DNA from: Anaeramoeba ignava BMAN
Lineage: Eukaryota; Protista; Anaeramoebae
NCBI GenBank assembly: GCA_028826165.1
Contig: JAPDFW010000125.1
Location: forward strand, 372,001 to 436,000
Reading direction: 5' to 3'
Length of the DNA stretch: 64,000 nucleotides
Positions within the stretch are counted from its first letter, which is position 1; every line of letters begins with the position of its first letter. Of the stretch, positions 12,071 to 24,500 are shown piece after piece. The position numbers were made by a program, and so were the translations under genes. The notes below the pieces were generated by a model, which did no database searches, had not been told where the DNA came from, and saw nothing but the letters and a program-made list of their open reading frames with translations.

Positions 12071-12829
12071 TTACAAATTTTTGGAATTTGAATTTGATTT
12101 TGATTTTGATTTTGATTTTGATTTTGATTTTGATTTTGATTTTGATTTTGATTTTGATTTTGATTTTGATTTTGATTTTGATTTTGATTTTGAATTTGAA
12201 TTTGATTTGAATTTGAATTTAAATTTGAATATGAATTTGAATTTGAATCTGAATCTGATTTTGATTTTGAATTTGAATTTGAATTTGATTTTGAATTTGA
12301 TTTTGATTTTGATTTTGATTTTGATATTGATATTGATTTTGATTTTGATTTTGATTTTAATTTTGATTTTTGATTTTGATTTTGATTTTGATTTTGATTT
12401 TGAATTTGATTTTGATTTTGATTTTGATTTTGATTTTGATTTTGATTTTGATTTTGATTTTGATTTTGATTTTGATTTTGATTTTGAATTTGATTTTGAT
12501 ATTGATTTTGATTTTGATTTTGATTTTGATATTGATTTTGATTTTGATTTTGATTTTGATTTTAATTTTGATGTATTAAATAGATCTGAATCTGATTTTG
12601 ATATTGATTTTGATATTGATTTTGATTTTGAATTTGATTTTGATTTTGATTTTGATATTGATTTTAATTTTGATGTATTAAATAGATCTGAATTTGATTT
12701 TGAATTTGATTTTGAATTTGATGTATTAAATGGATCTGATTCTATTTCTGATTCTTTTTGTGTTTCAGGTTCTGAATTAAAATTTGAAGGAGGTTTTTGT
12801 GAATTTGAATTTGAATTGTTTGTGTTCAT
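12071..12829 (-). CDS. Possible N-terminal low-complexity (S/K-rich) start of the degenerate gene above
   Basis: ATG at 12829 preceded by TTTCATTT motifs. A unique N-terminus (MNTNNSNSNSQKPPSNFNSEPETQKE) runs into a (GATTTT)n microsatellite. Confidence 0.35.
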   Translation of the reverse strand: MNTNNSNSNSQKPPSNFNSEPETQKESEIESDPFNTSNSKSNSKSNSDLFNTSKLKSISKSKSKSNSKSKSISKSISKSDSDLFNTSKLKSKSKSKSKSISKSKSKSKSISKSNSKSKSKSKSKSKSKSKSKSKSKSKSKSNSKSKSKSKSKSKIKIKIKIKIKININIKIKIKIKIKFKIKFKFKFKIKIRFRFKFKFIFKFKFKFKSNSNSKSKSKSKSKSKSKSKSKSKSKSKSKSKSKSKSNSNSKNL

Positions 12830-12990
12830 GTTTTTTACGTTAAATTTAATTTGTTAATTGATTTGAAAAATGAAAAAAATGAAAAAAATGAAAAAATGGA
12901 AAAAAAACATTTTTGATAATTTCCTCTTTTTATTTTTCCTCTTTTTATTTTTCCTTTTTTTATTTTTTTCATTTTTTTTCTTTTTCAAAA

Positions 12991-14805
12991 ATGAATGAAA
13001 TTTTATTTTTTGGTCAAAATCACTCATCAAAACTTATCAAAAATAAACCAATTAAAATAACAAAACCAATTCAATTTAAATTTGAAAATGAAAATGAAAA
13101 TGAAAATGAAAAACAAATTAAACAAATTTCATCAAATTCTTTTGCAACAATTTTCCTTTTTGAAAATGGAAAAGCAATAGAATATTCAAATGAAAATCCT
13201 TCAAAAATCCAAATTGAAAATATTCAAAAAGTAACTGTTGGTTTTCAAAATGAAGCTATTTTAACAATAGAAGGAAATGTATTTGCCAAAGGAAATATTA
13301 TCAATCCAAAAAATCCAAATGAATTTATCAATATTTCATCATTAATTGAAGATAAAAATGATAGAATAATTGAAGATATTATTTGCGGAGGCACTTCAAT
13401 TTACTTATTAACTTCAAATCAAAATGCTTATGGAATTGGTTTTAATCACTCCTGTCAACTTGGTTTTGATTGTAAAACACTTAAAGAAACACAAAAACCA
13501 ATTTTAATGATGAAAAATGTTTCTAAAATATTTTCAGGAAATTCTTCAAATCATATTTTCATTTTGAATTTAAATCAAGAATTATTTGGATGTGGAAGAA
13601 ATGAGCATCGTCAACTTGGATTAGGAAAATCAAGAAAAGAATCACAAATCCCAAAATTAACCAAAGTCCAAAATATTCCAAAAGGCAAAATAATTGATAT
13701 TCAATTAGCAAATTCCTTTTCAATAATGATGATTGAAAATGAAGATGAAGAACAAAAAAGAAAACTTTATTCATGTGGAGCTTATGTGTATAATGGACTT
13801 AATCAATATGTTTATGAATTTACTGAAATCAAATCATATTTATTTGAAAATGATAATATTCTTGATTTTTCTGTTGGATTTACTCATACTTTACTTTTAA
13901 CTTCCAATTCAAAATTAATAGTATTTGGAGATAATGCATTTGGTCAATTAGGAACTGGAGATACAGAAACGAAATCAATTCCAATTCAAATTGAACTTCC
14001 TAAATTAAGATTTAATGAAAATATTTCTAATTATCATGTACTTTGTGGATATGAAAAATCATTTCTTTATTATTCTCCTTCTTTTTCCAATCTTGAAGAA
14101 GATTTGATAAAACTATTTAGAAGAAAAGAATTTTGCAATATTTCATTTAAAACCAAAAATGGAGAAATAATTGAAGCTCATAAATTAATATTGAAATATA
14201 GATTAAGAGATGAAAATGAAATTGAAAAACTTCAAGAAATTATTTCAAAAAAATCAATTAAAGAATCAAATCAAATATTTGAAATGATTTATTCAAATAA
14301 TTCCAAAATAAATCCAAAATTATATTCTGAAATTAAAGAAATTATAAATTCAAATGAAAAAATTGAAGAAACAATGAAAAGAATTTATTTAAATGAAAAT
14401 GAAAAAGAAAATGAAAAAGATTTTATAATTGAAAGAAAAGAAAAACAATATAAATTTCCTAAATTAATATTAATAATGAGAAGTGAATTATATCGAGGAA
14501 TGTTTTTATCTGTAACAGAAGATAAATCAAATAAAGTTACAGATTATAGTGAATTAAGTAATAAATCATTTCAAATATTTGAATATTGGATTTATTCAAA
14601 TCAAATTAAAGATGAAATTGAAATTACACAAGAAATCATTAATGAAATTAAAACAGGAATTGATTATTTTCAATTAAATCAAACAAATCCAAATTTATTT
14701 GATTTATTAATTAACAAATTTCAAATCAAAATCAAAATGGGTTCAAAATCAAAATCAAAATTAAAATTTAAACTTAAATCAAAACGAATATTCAATTCAG
14801 ATTAA
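12991..14805 (+). CDS. RCC1-repeat + tandem BTB protein (paralogue 1)
   Basis: The true ATG at 12991 (MNEILFFG) is shared with the paralogues. RCC1 repeats are followed by two BTB domains. Confidence 0.9.
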   Translation: MNEILFFGQNHSSKLIKNKPIKITKPIQFKFENENENENEKQIKQISSNSFATIFLFENGKAIEYSNENPSKIQIENIQKVTVGFQNEAILTIEGNVFAKGNIINPKNPNEFINISSLIEDKNDRIIEDIICGGTSIYLLTSNQNAYGIGFNHSCQLGFDCKTLKETQKPILMMKNVSKIFSGNSSNHIFILNLNQELFGCGRNEHRQLGLGKSRKESQIPKLTKVQNIPKGKIIDIQLANSFSIMMIENEDEEQKRKLYSCGAYVYNGLNQYVYEFTEIKSYLFENDNILDFSVGFTHTLLLTSNSKLIVFGDNAFGQLGTGDTETKSIPIQIELPKLRFNENISNYHVLCGYEKSFLYYSPSFSNLEEDLIKLFRRKEFCNISFKTKNGEIIEAHKLILKYRLRDENEIEKLQEIISKKSIKESNQIFEMIYSNNSKINPKLYSEIKEIINSNEKIEETMKRIYLNENEKENEKDFIIERKEKQYKFPKLILIMRSELYRGMFLSVTEDKSNKVTDYSELSNKSFQIFEYWIYSNQIKDEIEITQEIINEIKTGIDYFQLNQTNPNLFDLLINKFQIKIKMGSKSKSKLKFKLKSKRIFNSD

Positions 14806-15290
14806 AATTTAAAATTAAAATTAAAATTAAAATTAAAATTAAAATTAAAATTAAAATTAAAATTAAAATTAAAATTAAAATTAAAATTAAAATTAAAAAT
14901 TAAAATTAAAATAAAATCAAAATTTAAATTTAAAATTAAAATTAAAATTAAAATTAAAATCAAAATTAAAATTAAAATTAAAATTAAAAATTAAAATTAA
15001 AATTAAAATTAAAATCAAAATTAAAATTAAAATCAAATTTAAAATTAAATTTAAAATTAAAATCAAAATTAAAATTAAAATTAAATTTAAAATTAAAATT
15101 AAAATTAAAACTAAAATTAAAATCAAAATTAAAATTAAAATTAAAATTAAAATTAAAATTTAAATTAAAATTAAAATTTAAATTAAAATTAAAATCAAAA
15201 ATTAAATTTAAAATTAAAATTAAAATTTAAATCAAAATCAAAATTAAAATTAAAATTAAAATTAAAATCAAAATTAAAAATCAAAATCAA
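14803..15290. repeat. (AAAATT)n microsatellite spacer
   Basis: Hexamer array between paralogues 1 and 2. Confidence 0.9.
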
Positions 15291-15331
15291 AATTTCAAAA
15301 ATCATTTTTTCATTTTTTTTCTTTTTCAAAA

Positions 15332-17125
15332 ATGAATGAAATTATATTTTTTGGTTTAAATAAAAAACCAAAACTTTTCAAAAATGAACCAGATAAAATA
15401 ACAAAACCAATTCAATTTAAATTTGGAAATGAAAATGAAAATGAAAATGAAAATGAAAATGAAAATGAAAAACAAATTAAACAAATTTCAACAGGAAGTT
15501 TTTCAACAATTTTCCTTTTTAAAAATGGAAAAGCAATAGAATATTTAAGAAAAAATGATTCAAATCAAAAACCTCAAAAAATCCAAATTGAAGAAAATAT
15601 TCAAAAAGTAACTGTTGGCGATGAAAATGAAGCTATTTTAACAAAAGAAGGAAATGTATTTGCCAAAGGAGAAGATATTAATCCAAATAATCCAAAAGAA
15701 TTTATCAATATTTCATCATTAATTGAAGATACAAATGATAGAGTAATTGAAGATATTGTTTCTGGATATAATTCAATTTACTTATTAACTTCAAATCAAA
15801 ATGCTTATGGAATTGGTTTTAATCATTATGGCCAACTTGGTTTTGATTCTCAAACACTTGAAAAAACAGAAAAACCAATTTTAATGATGAAAAATGTTTC
15901 TAAAATATTTTCAGGAAATGACTCAGGTTCATTTTTTCTTTTAAATTTAAATGAAGAATTATTTGGATGTGGATATAATTTTTATGTTCAACTTGGATTA
16001 GGAAATTCAAGAAAAGAAGAATGGAAAATCCAAAAATTAACCAAAATACAAAATATTCCAAAAGGTAAAATAATTGATATTCAATGTGGATGGGCTCATT
16101 CAATAATGTTAATTGAAAATGAAAATGAAAATGAAAATCCAAAAAGAAAACTTTATTCATGTGGATATTCCTCATTTAATGGACTTGGCAAAAATGAAAA
16201 TACTTGTGAATTTACTGAAATCAAATCATCTTTATTTGAAAATGATGATGATATTCTTGATTTTTCTGTTGGAAATAAACATACTTTGATTTTAACTTCC
16301 AATTCAAAATTAATTGGATTTGGAGATAATTTTTATGGTCAATTAGGAACTGGAGATACAAAAACGAAATTAATTCCAATTCAAATTGAACTTCCTAAAT
16401 TAAGATTTAATGAAAATATTTCTAATTATCATATTTCTTGTGGATATGAAAAATCATTTCTTTATTCTCCTCTTTCTTTTTCCAATCTTGAAGAAGATTT
16501 GATAAAATTATTTAGAAGAAAAGAATTTTGTAATATTTCATTTAAAACCAAAAATGGAGAAATAATTGAAGCTCATAAATTAATATTGAAATATAGATTA
16601 AAAGATGAAAATGAAATTGAAAAACTTCAAGAAATTATTTCAAAAAAATCAATTAAAGAATCAAATCAAATATTTGAAATGATTTATTCAAATAATTCCA
16701 ATATAAATCCAAAATTATATTCTGAAATTAAAGAAATTATAAATTCAAATGAAAAAATAGAAGAAACAATTAAAAGAATTTATTTAAATGAAAATGAAAA
16801 TGAAAAAGATTTTATAATTGAAAGAAAAGAAAAACAATATAAATTTCCTAAATTAATATTAATAATGAGAAGTGAATTATATCGAGGAATGTTTTTATCT
16901 GTAACTGAAGATAAATCTAATAAAGTTACAGATTATAGTGAATTAAGTAATAAATCATTTCAAATATTTGAATATTGGATTTATTCAAATCAAATTAAAG
17001 ATGAAATTCAAATTACACAAGAAATAATTAATGAAATTCAAATTGGAATTGATTATTTTCAATTAAATCAAACAAATCCAAATTTAATTGATTTATTAAT
17101 TAACAAATTTAATAATCAAAATTAA
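15332..17125 (+). CDS. RCC1-repeat + tandem BTB protein (paralogue 2)
   Basis: 597-aa intronless ORF, collinear with its neighbours. Confidence 0.9.
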   Translation: MNEIIFFGLNKKPKLFKNEPDKITKPIQFKFGNENENENENENENEKQIKQISTGSFSTIFLFKNGKAIEYLRKNDSNQKPQKIQIEENIQKVTVGDENEAILTKEGNVFAKGEDINPNNPKEFINISSLIEDTNDRVIEDIVSGYNSIYLLTSNQNAYGIGFNHYGQLGFDSQTLEKTEKPILMMKNVSKIFSGNDSGSFFLLNLNEELFGCGYNFYVQLGLGNSRKEEWKIQKLTKIQNIPKGKIIDIQCGWAHSIMLIENENENENPKRKLYSCGYSSFNGLGKNENTCEFTEIKSSLFENDDDILDFSVGNKHTLILTSNSKLIGFGDNFYGQLGTGDTKTKLIPIQIELPKLRFNENISNYHISCGYEKSFLYSPLSFSNLEEDLIKLFRRKEFCNISFKTKNGEIIEAHKLILKYRLKDENEIEKLQEIISKKSIKESNQIFEMIYSNNSNINPKLYSEIKEIINSNEKIEETIKRIYLNENENEKDFIIERKEKQYKFPKLILIMRSELYRGMFLSVTEDKSNKVTDYSELSNKSFQIFEYWIYSNQIKDEIQITQEIINEIQIGIDYFQLNQTNPNLIDLLINKFNNQN

Positions 17126-17500
17126 AATCAAAATTAAAATTAAAATTAAAATTAAAATTAAAATTAAAATCAAAATTAAAATTAAAATTATAATTAAAAT
17201 TAAAATTAAAATTAAAATTAAAATTAAAATTAAAATTAAAATTAAAATTAAAATTAAAATTTAAATTTAATAATCAAAATTAAAATCAAAATTAAAATTA
17301 AAATTAAAATTAAAATTAAAATTAAAATTAAAATTAAAATCAAAATTAAAATTAAAATTAAAATTAAAATCAAAATTAAAATTAAAATTAAAATTAAAAT
17401 TAAAATTAAAATTAAAATCAAAATCAAAATTAAAATTAAAATTAAAATTAAAATTAAAATTAAAGTCAAAATTAAAATTAAAATTAAAATTAAAAATCAA
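17120..17500. repeat. (AAAATT)n microsatellite spacer
   Basis: Hexamer array between paralogues 2 and 3. Confidence 0.9.
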
Positions 17501-17547
17501 AATCAAAATTTCAAAAATCATTTTTTCATTTTTTTTCTTTTTCAAAA

Positions 17548-19362
17548 ATGAATGATTGTTTATTTTTTGGTTTAAATTATTCACCAAAAATTATCAAAAA
17601 TGAACCATATAAAATAAAAAAACCAATTCAATTTAAATTTGAAAATGAAAATGAAAATGAAAATGAAAATGAAAAACAAATTAAACAAATTTCATCAGGT
17701 TATTCTGGAACAATTTTCCTTTTTAAAAATGGAAAAGCAATAGAATATTTAAATGACGAAAATGATCCAAATCAAAATCCTTCAAAAATCCAAATTGAAG
17801 AAAATATTCAAAAAGTAACTGTTGGTTATCAAAATGAAGCTATTTTAACAAAAGAAGGAAATGTATTTGCAAAAGGAAAAGATATTAATCCAAATAATCC
17901 AAAAGAATTTATCAATATTTCATCATTAATTGAAGATACAAATGATAGAATAATTAAAGATGTTGTTTCTGGATATAATTCAATTTACTTATTAACTTCA
18001 AATCAAAATGCTTATGGAATTGGTTTTAATGAATATGGTCAACTTGGTTTAGATTTTGAAACACTTGAAAAAACACAAAAACCAATTTTAATGATGAAAA
18101 ATGTTTCTAAAATATTTTCAGGAAATTCTTCAGATTGTGTTTTTCTTTTAAATTCAAATCAAGAATTATTTGGATGTGGATTAAATAGATATGGACAAAT
18201 TGGATTAGGAGAATCAAGAAGAAATGAAACAAGAATCCAAAAATTAACCAAAATCCAAAATATTCCAAAAGGTAAAATAATTGATATTAAATGTGGAAGT
18301 TATCATTCAATAATGTTGATTGAAAATGAAATTGAAAATGAAATTGAAAATCAAAATCCAAAAAGAAAACTTTATTCATGTGGATATTCCTCATTTAATG
18401 GACTTGGCAAAATATATCAAGATACTTATGAATTTACTGAAATCAAATCATATTTATTTGAAAATGATAATATTATTGATTTTTCTGTTGGAAATAGACA
18501 TACTTTAATCTTAACTTCCAATTCAAAATTAATTGGATTTGGAGATAATTATTATGGTCAATTAGGAACTGGAGATACAGAAACAAAATTAATTCCAATT
18601 CAAATTGAACTTCCTAAATTAAGATTTAATGAAGATATTTCTAATTATCATGTACTTTGTGGATATGAAAGAACATTTCTTTATTATTCTCTTTCTTTTT
18701 CCAATCTTGAAGAAGATTTGATAAAATTATTTGAAAGAAAAGAATTTTGTGATATTTCATTTAAAACCAAAAATGGAGAAATAATTGAAGCTCATAAATT
18801 AATATTGAAATATAGATTAAATCAAAATCAAAATCAAAATGAAATTGAAAAACTTCAAGAAATTATTTCAAAAAAATCAATTAAAGAATCAAATCAAATA
18901 TTTGAAATGATTTATTTAAATAGAATAATAAATCCAAAATTATATTCTGAAATTAAAGAAATTATAAATTCAATTGAAAAAATTGAAGAAACAATGAAAA
19001 GAATTTATTTAAATGAAAATGAAAAAGATTTTATAATTGAAAGAAAAGAAAAGAAATATAAATTTCCTAAATTAATATTAATAATGAGAAGTGAATTATA
19101 TCGAGGAATGTTTTTATCTGTAACAGAAGATAAATCTAATAAAGTTAAAGATTATAGTGAATTAAGTAATAAATCATTCCAAATATTTGAATATTGGATT
19201 TATTCAAATCAAATTAAAGATGAAATTGAAATTACACAAGAAATAATTGATGAACTTCAAATTGGAATTGATTATTTTCAATTAAATCAAACATATCCAA
19301 ATTTATTTGATTTATTAATTAGGAAATTTAATAATCAAAATCAAAATCAAAATCAAAATTAA
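17548..19362 (+). CDS. RCC1-repeat + tandem BTB protein (paralogue 3)
   Basis: 604-aa intronless ORF, collinear with its neighbours. Confidence 0.9.
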   Translation: MNDCLFFGLNYSPKIIKNEPYKIKKPIQFKFENENENENENEKQIKQISSGYSGTIFLFKNGKAIEYLNDENDPNQNPSKIQIEENIQKVTVGYQNEAILTKEGNVFAKGKDINPNNPKEFINISSLIEDTNDRIIKDVVSGYNSIYLLTSNQNAYGIGFNEYGQLGLDFETLEKTQKPILMMKNVSKIFSGNSSDCVFLLNSNQELFGCGLNRYGQIGLGESRRNETRIQKLTKIQNIPKGKIIDIKCGSYHSIMLIENEIENEIENQNPKRKLYSCGYSSFNGLGKIYQDTYEFTEIKSYLFENDNIIDFSVGNRHTLILTSNSKLIGFGDNYYGQLGTGDTETKLIPIQIELPKLRFNEDISNYHVLCGYERTFLYYSLSFSNLEEDLIKLFERKEFCDISFKTKNGEIIEAHKLILKYRLNQNQNQNEIEKLQEIISKKSIKESNQIFEMIYLNRIINPKLYSEIKEIINSIEKIEETMKRIYLNENEKDFIIERKEKKYKFPKLILIMRSELYRGMFLSVTEDKSNKVKDYSELSNKSFQIFEYWIYSNQIKDEIEITQEIIDELQIGIDYFQLNQTYPNLFDLLIRKFNNQNQNQNQN

Positions 19363-19770
19363 AATTAAAATTAAAATTAAAATCAAATTTAAAATTAAAA
19401 TTAAAATTAAAATTAAAATTAAAATTAAAATCAAAATTAAAATTAAAATTAAAATTAAAATTAAAATCAAAATTAAAATTAAAATTAAAATTAAAATTAA
19501 AATTAAAATTAAAATTAAAATTAAAATTAAAATTAAAATTAAAATTAAAATTAAAATTAATAAAAATTAAAATTAAAATTAAAAATTAAAATTAAAATTA
19601 AAATTAAAATTAAAATTAAAATTAAAATTAAAATTAAAATTAAAATTAAAATTAAAATTAATATTAAAATTAAAAATTAAAATTAAAATTAAAATTAAAA
19701 TTAAAATTAAAATTAAAATTAAAATTAAAATTAAAATTAAAAATCAAAATCAAAATTAAAATTAAAATCA
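19335..19770. repeat. (AAAATT)n microsatellite
   Basis: Hexamer array after paralogue 3. Confidence 0.9.
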
Positions 19771-19826
19771 AAAAAATTTTTTCATTTTTTTCTTTCATTT
19801 TTTTTTTAAATTTTTTTTTCTTTCAA

Positions 19827-21119
19827 ATGGCACAACTTGGAGTAACCAAGTCAAAAGCACTTAAACTTCTTATAGTTGGAGATTCAAATGTAGGAAAAAG
19901 TTGTATTTTAATGAAATTTTGTGATTCTAGTTTCACAACAGAACATGATACAACAATAGGAGTTGATTTCCGATTTACAGATATAAAAATTGACAACGAA
20001 CCAATTAAATTACAAATAGTAAAAACAAAAAACCAAAATAACCATTATTTAAAAAGAAATGAATTAAAAAAAATTTACAAATTAAAATTAAAATTAAAAT
20101 TAAAATCAAAATTAAAATTAAAATTAAAATTAAAATTAAAATTAAAATTAAAATTAAAATTAAAATTAAAATTAAAATTAAAATTAAAATTAAAATCAAA
20201 ATTAAAATTAAAATTAAAAATTAAAATTAAAATTAAAATTAAAATTAAAATTAAAATTAAAATTAAAATTAAAATTAAAATTAAATTTAAAATTAAAATT
20301 AAAATTAAAATTAAAATTAAAATTAAAATTAAAATTAAAATTAAAATTAAAATTAAAATTAAAATTAAAATTAAAATTAAAATTAAAATTAAAATCAAAA
20401 TCAAAATTAAAATCAAAATCAAAATCAAAATTAAAATTAAAATTAAAATTAAAATATTTTTTTTGATTGGAAAATTTTTAAATAAAGTGGGATACTGCAG
20501 GTAATTTATAGTTCTTTTGCAAATTATTCGATCTCAAAAATCCATTATTCAAAAATTTTTTTTTTCTTATTTTAGGACAAGAAAAATTTCGATCAATTAC
20601 AAATACTTATTATCGAAATTCTGATGGAATTATGATTGTTTATGATGTTACAAGTCAATATAGTTTTAATCGTTTAGATGGTTGGTTTTCAGAAATTTTG
20701 GCTTCTGCTCCAAAAGGTACTAAAATTGTTCTTGTTGGAAATAAATGTGATCTTGAGGATGAACGTGTTATTTCTTTTGAAGAAGGAGAGGTTATTATTT
20801 CAATTTGATTCAAAATATTAAATATTTATTCAAAATATTAAATATTGAATATAAATATTAATTAATTAGGAATTTGCTAAACAACAATCTTGTCCTTTTT
20901 TTGAATTAAGTGCTAAAAGTGGATTTAATATTTCAAATTCTTTTCATTGTTTATCAAAACTTGCTTTAGAAAAGTAAAAATATTTATATTATTTATATTA
21001 AATTTATATTTTAATATTTTTATATTTTTATATAAAATAGTCAAAAACAAAAAAAAACTCCAAATTTTCCTTCTGTTATTGATCCAGATAAAACACAAAA
21101 AAAATCTAAATGTTGTTAA
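19827..21119 (+). CDS. Rab GTPase (Rab1/Rab8-like), 5 exons
   Basis: Exons 19827-20018, 20488-20500, 20576-20790, 20870-20973, 21041-21119. Motifs GDSNVGKS, TIGVDF, KLQI|WDTAG|QEKFRSIT, GNKCD, SAK and a C-terminal CC prenylation site. Confidence 0.92.
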
Positions 21120-21579
21120 AAAACAATTTTTTTAAACATTCCTTTCTTCTTTTCTTCTTTTTTTTTTTTTTTTTTTTTTGATTTATATTATTTTTAAAAA
21201 GAAAACAAATTTTAATAAATTGTTTTTTTTTTTCTTTTCTTTTAATTTCTTGAATTAATTTTTAATTGAAAAAATAAAATTAAAAAATTTTTAAATTTTT
21301 GAAGTAAATTTCAAAGTGTAAATACACTTTTTATTATCCAAAAAAAAAAAAAAAAAGTAAAAGTAAAAGAGGAATGATAATGAAAAAAGTAAATGGAAAA
21401 TGAAATGAAAAAAGAAAAAGAAAAAGAAAAAGAAAAATTCGATTAAATTCGATTAAATTGAATTAAAGAGAGAAAATCGAATTTTTCATTTGAAGTTCTT
21501 TTTTTTTAAATATAAAAAAAAAAAAGAACTTCCTTATTATTTTTGGAATTATTTCTCATTTGGTTTTGTATTTTTGATT

Positions 21580-24500
21580 TTAATTTTGATTTTGATTTTG
21601 GAATGGATTGTTGATATTTAAGTTATGGTTATTTGGGTTTGGATTTGATGATAGTTTATTTGGTTGCATAATATTTGGAGAGAGATTATGATTGGTTTGC
21701 TGAGGATTCTGAGAATCAAGAAAAGAGCGATCTTTGGGTTCTCTAAATTGGTTCATAAAGAAAGGATTGATTTGGAAATTATTTATATTATGGGAATCTT
21801 GAGAAATATTTTCCAAATAATTTTGTTGTTTTTGTTGAGGTTTTTGATCTTTTTCCATCGTAATTGGATAATGATGATAAACGGGAATTTGGGTGTTGAT
21901 TGGGTTTCTGAATCTAATTATATTTTCTGTGATTGGGTTTGATGTTGTTGTGTTATTTTGGTGATTGCTATTTCTATTTGAAGTAAGAGGATTTGCGCTG
22001 TTTTCATTTGGATTATGTTGGAAATTCAAGTTGGAGTTTTCAAAAGTTGTAAAAGGAAATTTTGGTTTTGATTGGGGTTGTCTTTCTTTCTGGAAAAGTG
22101 ATGAAGTGCTTTTTGAATGTGCCTTTTCTTGCGGTCTTGATAGGAACAAGTTGAAGTTTGATTCGAATGGAATTGTGTTTGGTTTATTTATATTTTCTTC
22201 TTGGGAATCCATGTATGTGCTTATTTGTGGAGAAATTGGATCATGGAAATTCGAAGAAAATGAACTTTTTTGTTTGGGGAACAACTCCGATTCCGATTTG
22301 GATCGTGGACTTTTTTGTGTTCTTGGGAATGTTAATGGCGAAGGTTGGTCGAAATGATTTGATGTTTTTTTGTATGGATTGAAAAAAAACTTCCCAGTGT
22401 TATTTGTGAAAGAGGGAACTGTTGTTTGAACATTTGATAATTGTGGGAAGTGCGGTTGTGAAAAAGGTCTTTGTTCTTCCATATAAAATTGATTTTTCTC
22501 TTGTTTTGGGTTTGGTGAAAGACTTGGCGCAAGTCCTGTATCCGAATAATTATTAAATCTTTTGAATTTTGATGGCGAAACCGGATTTGTTATTAGAATA
22601 GGGTTTTGTGGTTCTTTGGGTTGTGTATGTTGTTGTAAAAATGTTCCAAATTTTATTGGACTTGAATGAGATAAAATTTTGGATGTTTCTATTGAATCGT
22701 TTATTTGGGAATTTAAGTTTGATAAATTGTTTTCAGATCGCATTTTATTTTGATTCTCAGAATCATTCATTTTTGTTAGTATATTATTTTGTTCAATTTT
22801 GGCTTCATTTTTTTGTAAATTTGGTGTTAAATCATTTTGTAATATTTGATTTTGTTCTTCTTGTTCTTCTTGTTTTTCTTTTTCTTGATGTTTCATATTT
22901 GTAATATTTGGGATATTTATACTATTTGTATTAGCAATTGCAATTGCATTAGCATTAGCATTTGCGTTAGCGTTAGCATTTGCATTAGCATTTGCATTTG
23001 CATTTGTGTTTATATTAATATTTGTGTTTATGTTCTTGTATGTATTTTGATTATTTTTATCATTTTTGTTTTCATGTTCATTTTGAATTTCATTTTGAAT
23101 TTCATTTTCAATTTCATTTTCATTTTCAATTTCATTTTCAATTTCATTTTCATTTTCAATTTCATTTTCATTTATTTGTTTATTTTCTTTTATTTGTATA
23201 TCCATTTTTATGATATTATTTTTCATTTCTTCGAGTTTATGGTTGTTGACATCATCTTTTTGATTTGGGAAATTGTTTGTGTCAATATTTATATTTTGAT
23301 TGTTATTGTTTCCATGTCTATTTTGTGTTGGAGATTTCTGGGGTTTTGGAGAAGTTGATTTGTGTTTTTGTTTTTGTTTTTGTTGTTTTTGTTTTTGGTT
23401 TTGATTTTGATTTGGTTTTTGTTTTTGTTGATTTTTTAGATTATTTTCTGGGATTGTATTTGGTTTTGGTGAATTTTCTAATTCACTAAGAGTTTTAGTT
23501 TCGATATTTTGTGGATTGTTATTGATTGGCTCTTTTTGGTGGTTTGTATTTTTTTTATCGTTCTTTTTTTTGGATTTTGACTGTTGTTTGGGTTTTTGCT
23601 TGGTTTTGGTTTTTGTTGTTTTCTTTTTTGATTGTGCTTTTGGGGTTTCTTTTGGTTTAGAATTTGATTGTTGTTTTGTGAGATCTTCAAGTAAAGATCC
23701 ATTTTTCCATTCATTTGATTTAGAATTTGTTAGTCTATTATATTTATTTTTCTTGATTTGGCCTGCTTTCCGAGAATTTGATATTGTTTCTTTGTCTGAT
23801 GGTTGGCCCGTTTTACGAGAGTTTGTGCTCTCGCGGTTTTTGCGATTTGGGTTATTTTTATTTATGTTATTGTCTTGATCGTCAACTGATTTTTTTGTTT
23901 GGGCCTCATTTGTTTTATTTTCATTTGAAGTATTTTCATCCTTATTTTTTTTTTGGAACGGGGCTGATCTGGAGAGTGAATGATAAACTGGACGAGTAGA
24001 ACGCGCTCGATTATATATTGGAGCTTCACCAAAGTTAAACGCACTTTAAATATAAAATAAATATAAAATATAAAATATAAATAAAATATATAAATTTTTA
24101 ATATAAATTTTTAAAAGAATTGTTGATATATTTATATTTACACATTTCCGACTTCATCCAATATTAAAACTGTATCATCATATTTATGCAAATACAAGCA
24201 ATCAGGATTTGTGCAAGAAATTCCATTTAGAAAATATATACAAAACTTTGTAGTTCCGTAAGAAGCACGTATTACTTTTCCATCGATTTCTCGATGATTA
24301 ACATCATCAATACAATCTTTTGCATCTTCTGGTTCAACGAATGTTATATAAGCGCTTGCTGTTAGATCGTCATCTTTAAAAAAAATAAAAATTAAATAAA
24401 TAAAATTTAAAATTTAAAATTTAAAATTTACTATCTCTATCATAAGAAGAAAGATCATTCAGATCCATTGAAATTGGTTTTTTTGTTCTGTTGTTGAATA

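Noticed and set aside
21664-23999. Many short ORFs overlapping CNOT4 (likewise antisense ORFs in the NRPS-like gene, LINE and IPO5)
   Set aside because: Antisense or alternate-frame shadows of biased coding sequence; the CNOT4 last exon is continuous in one frame.
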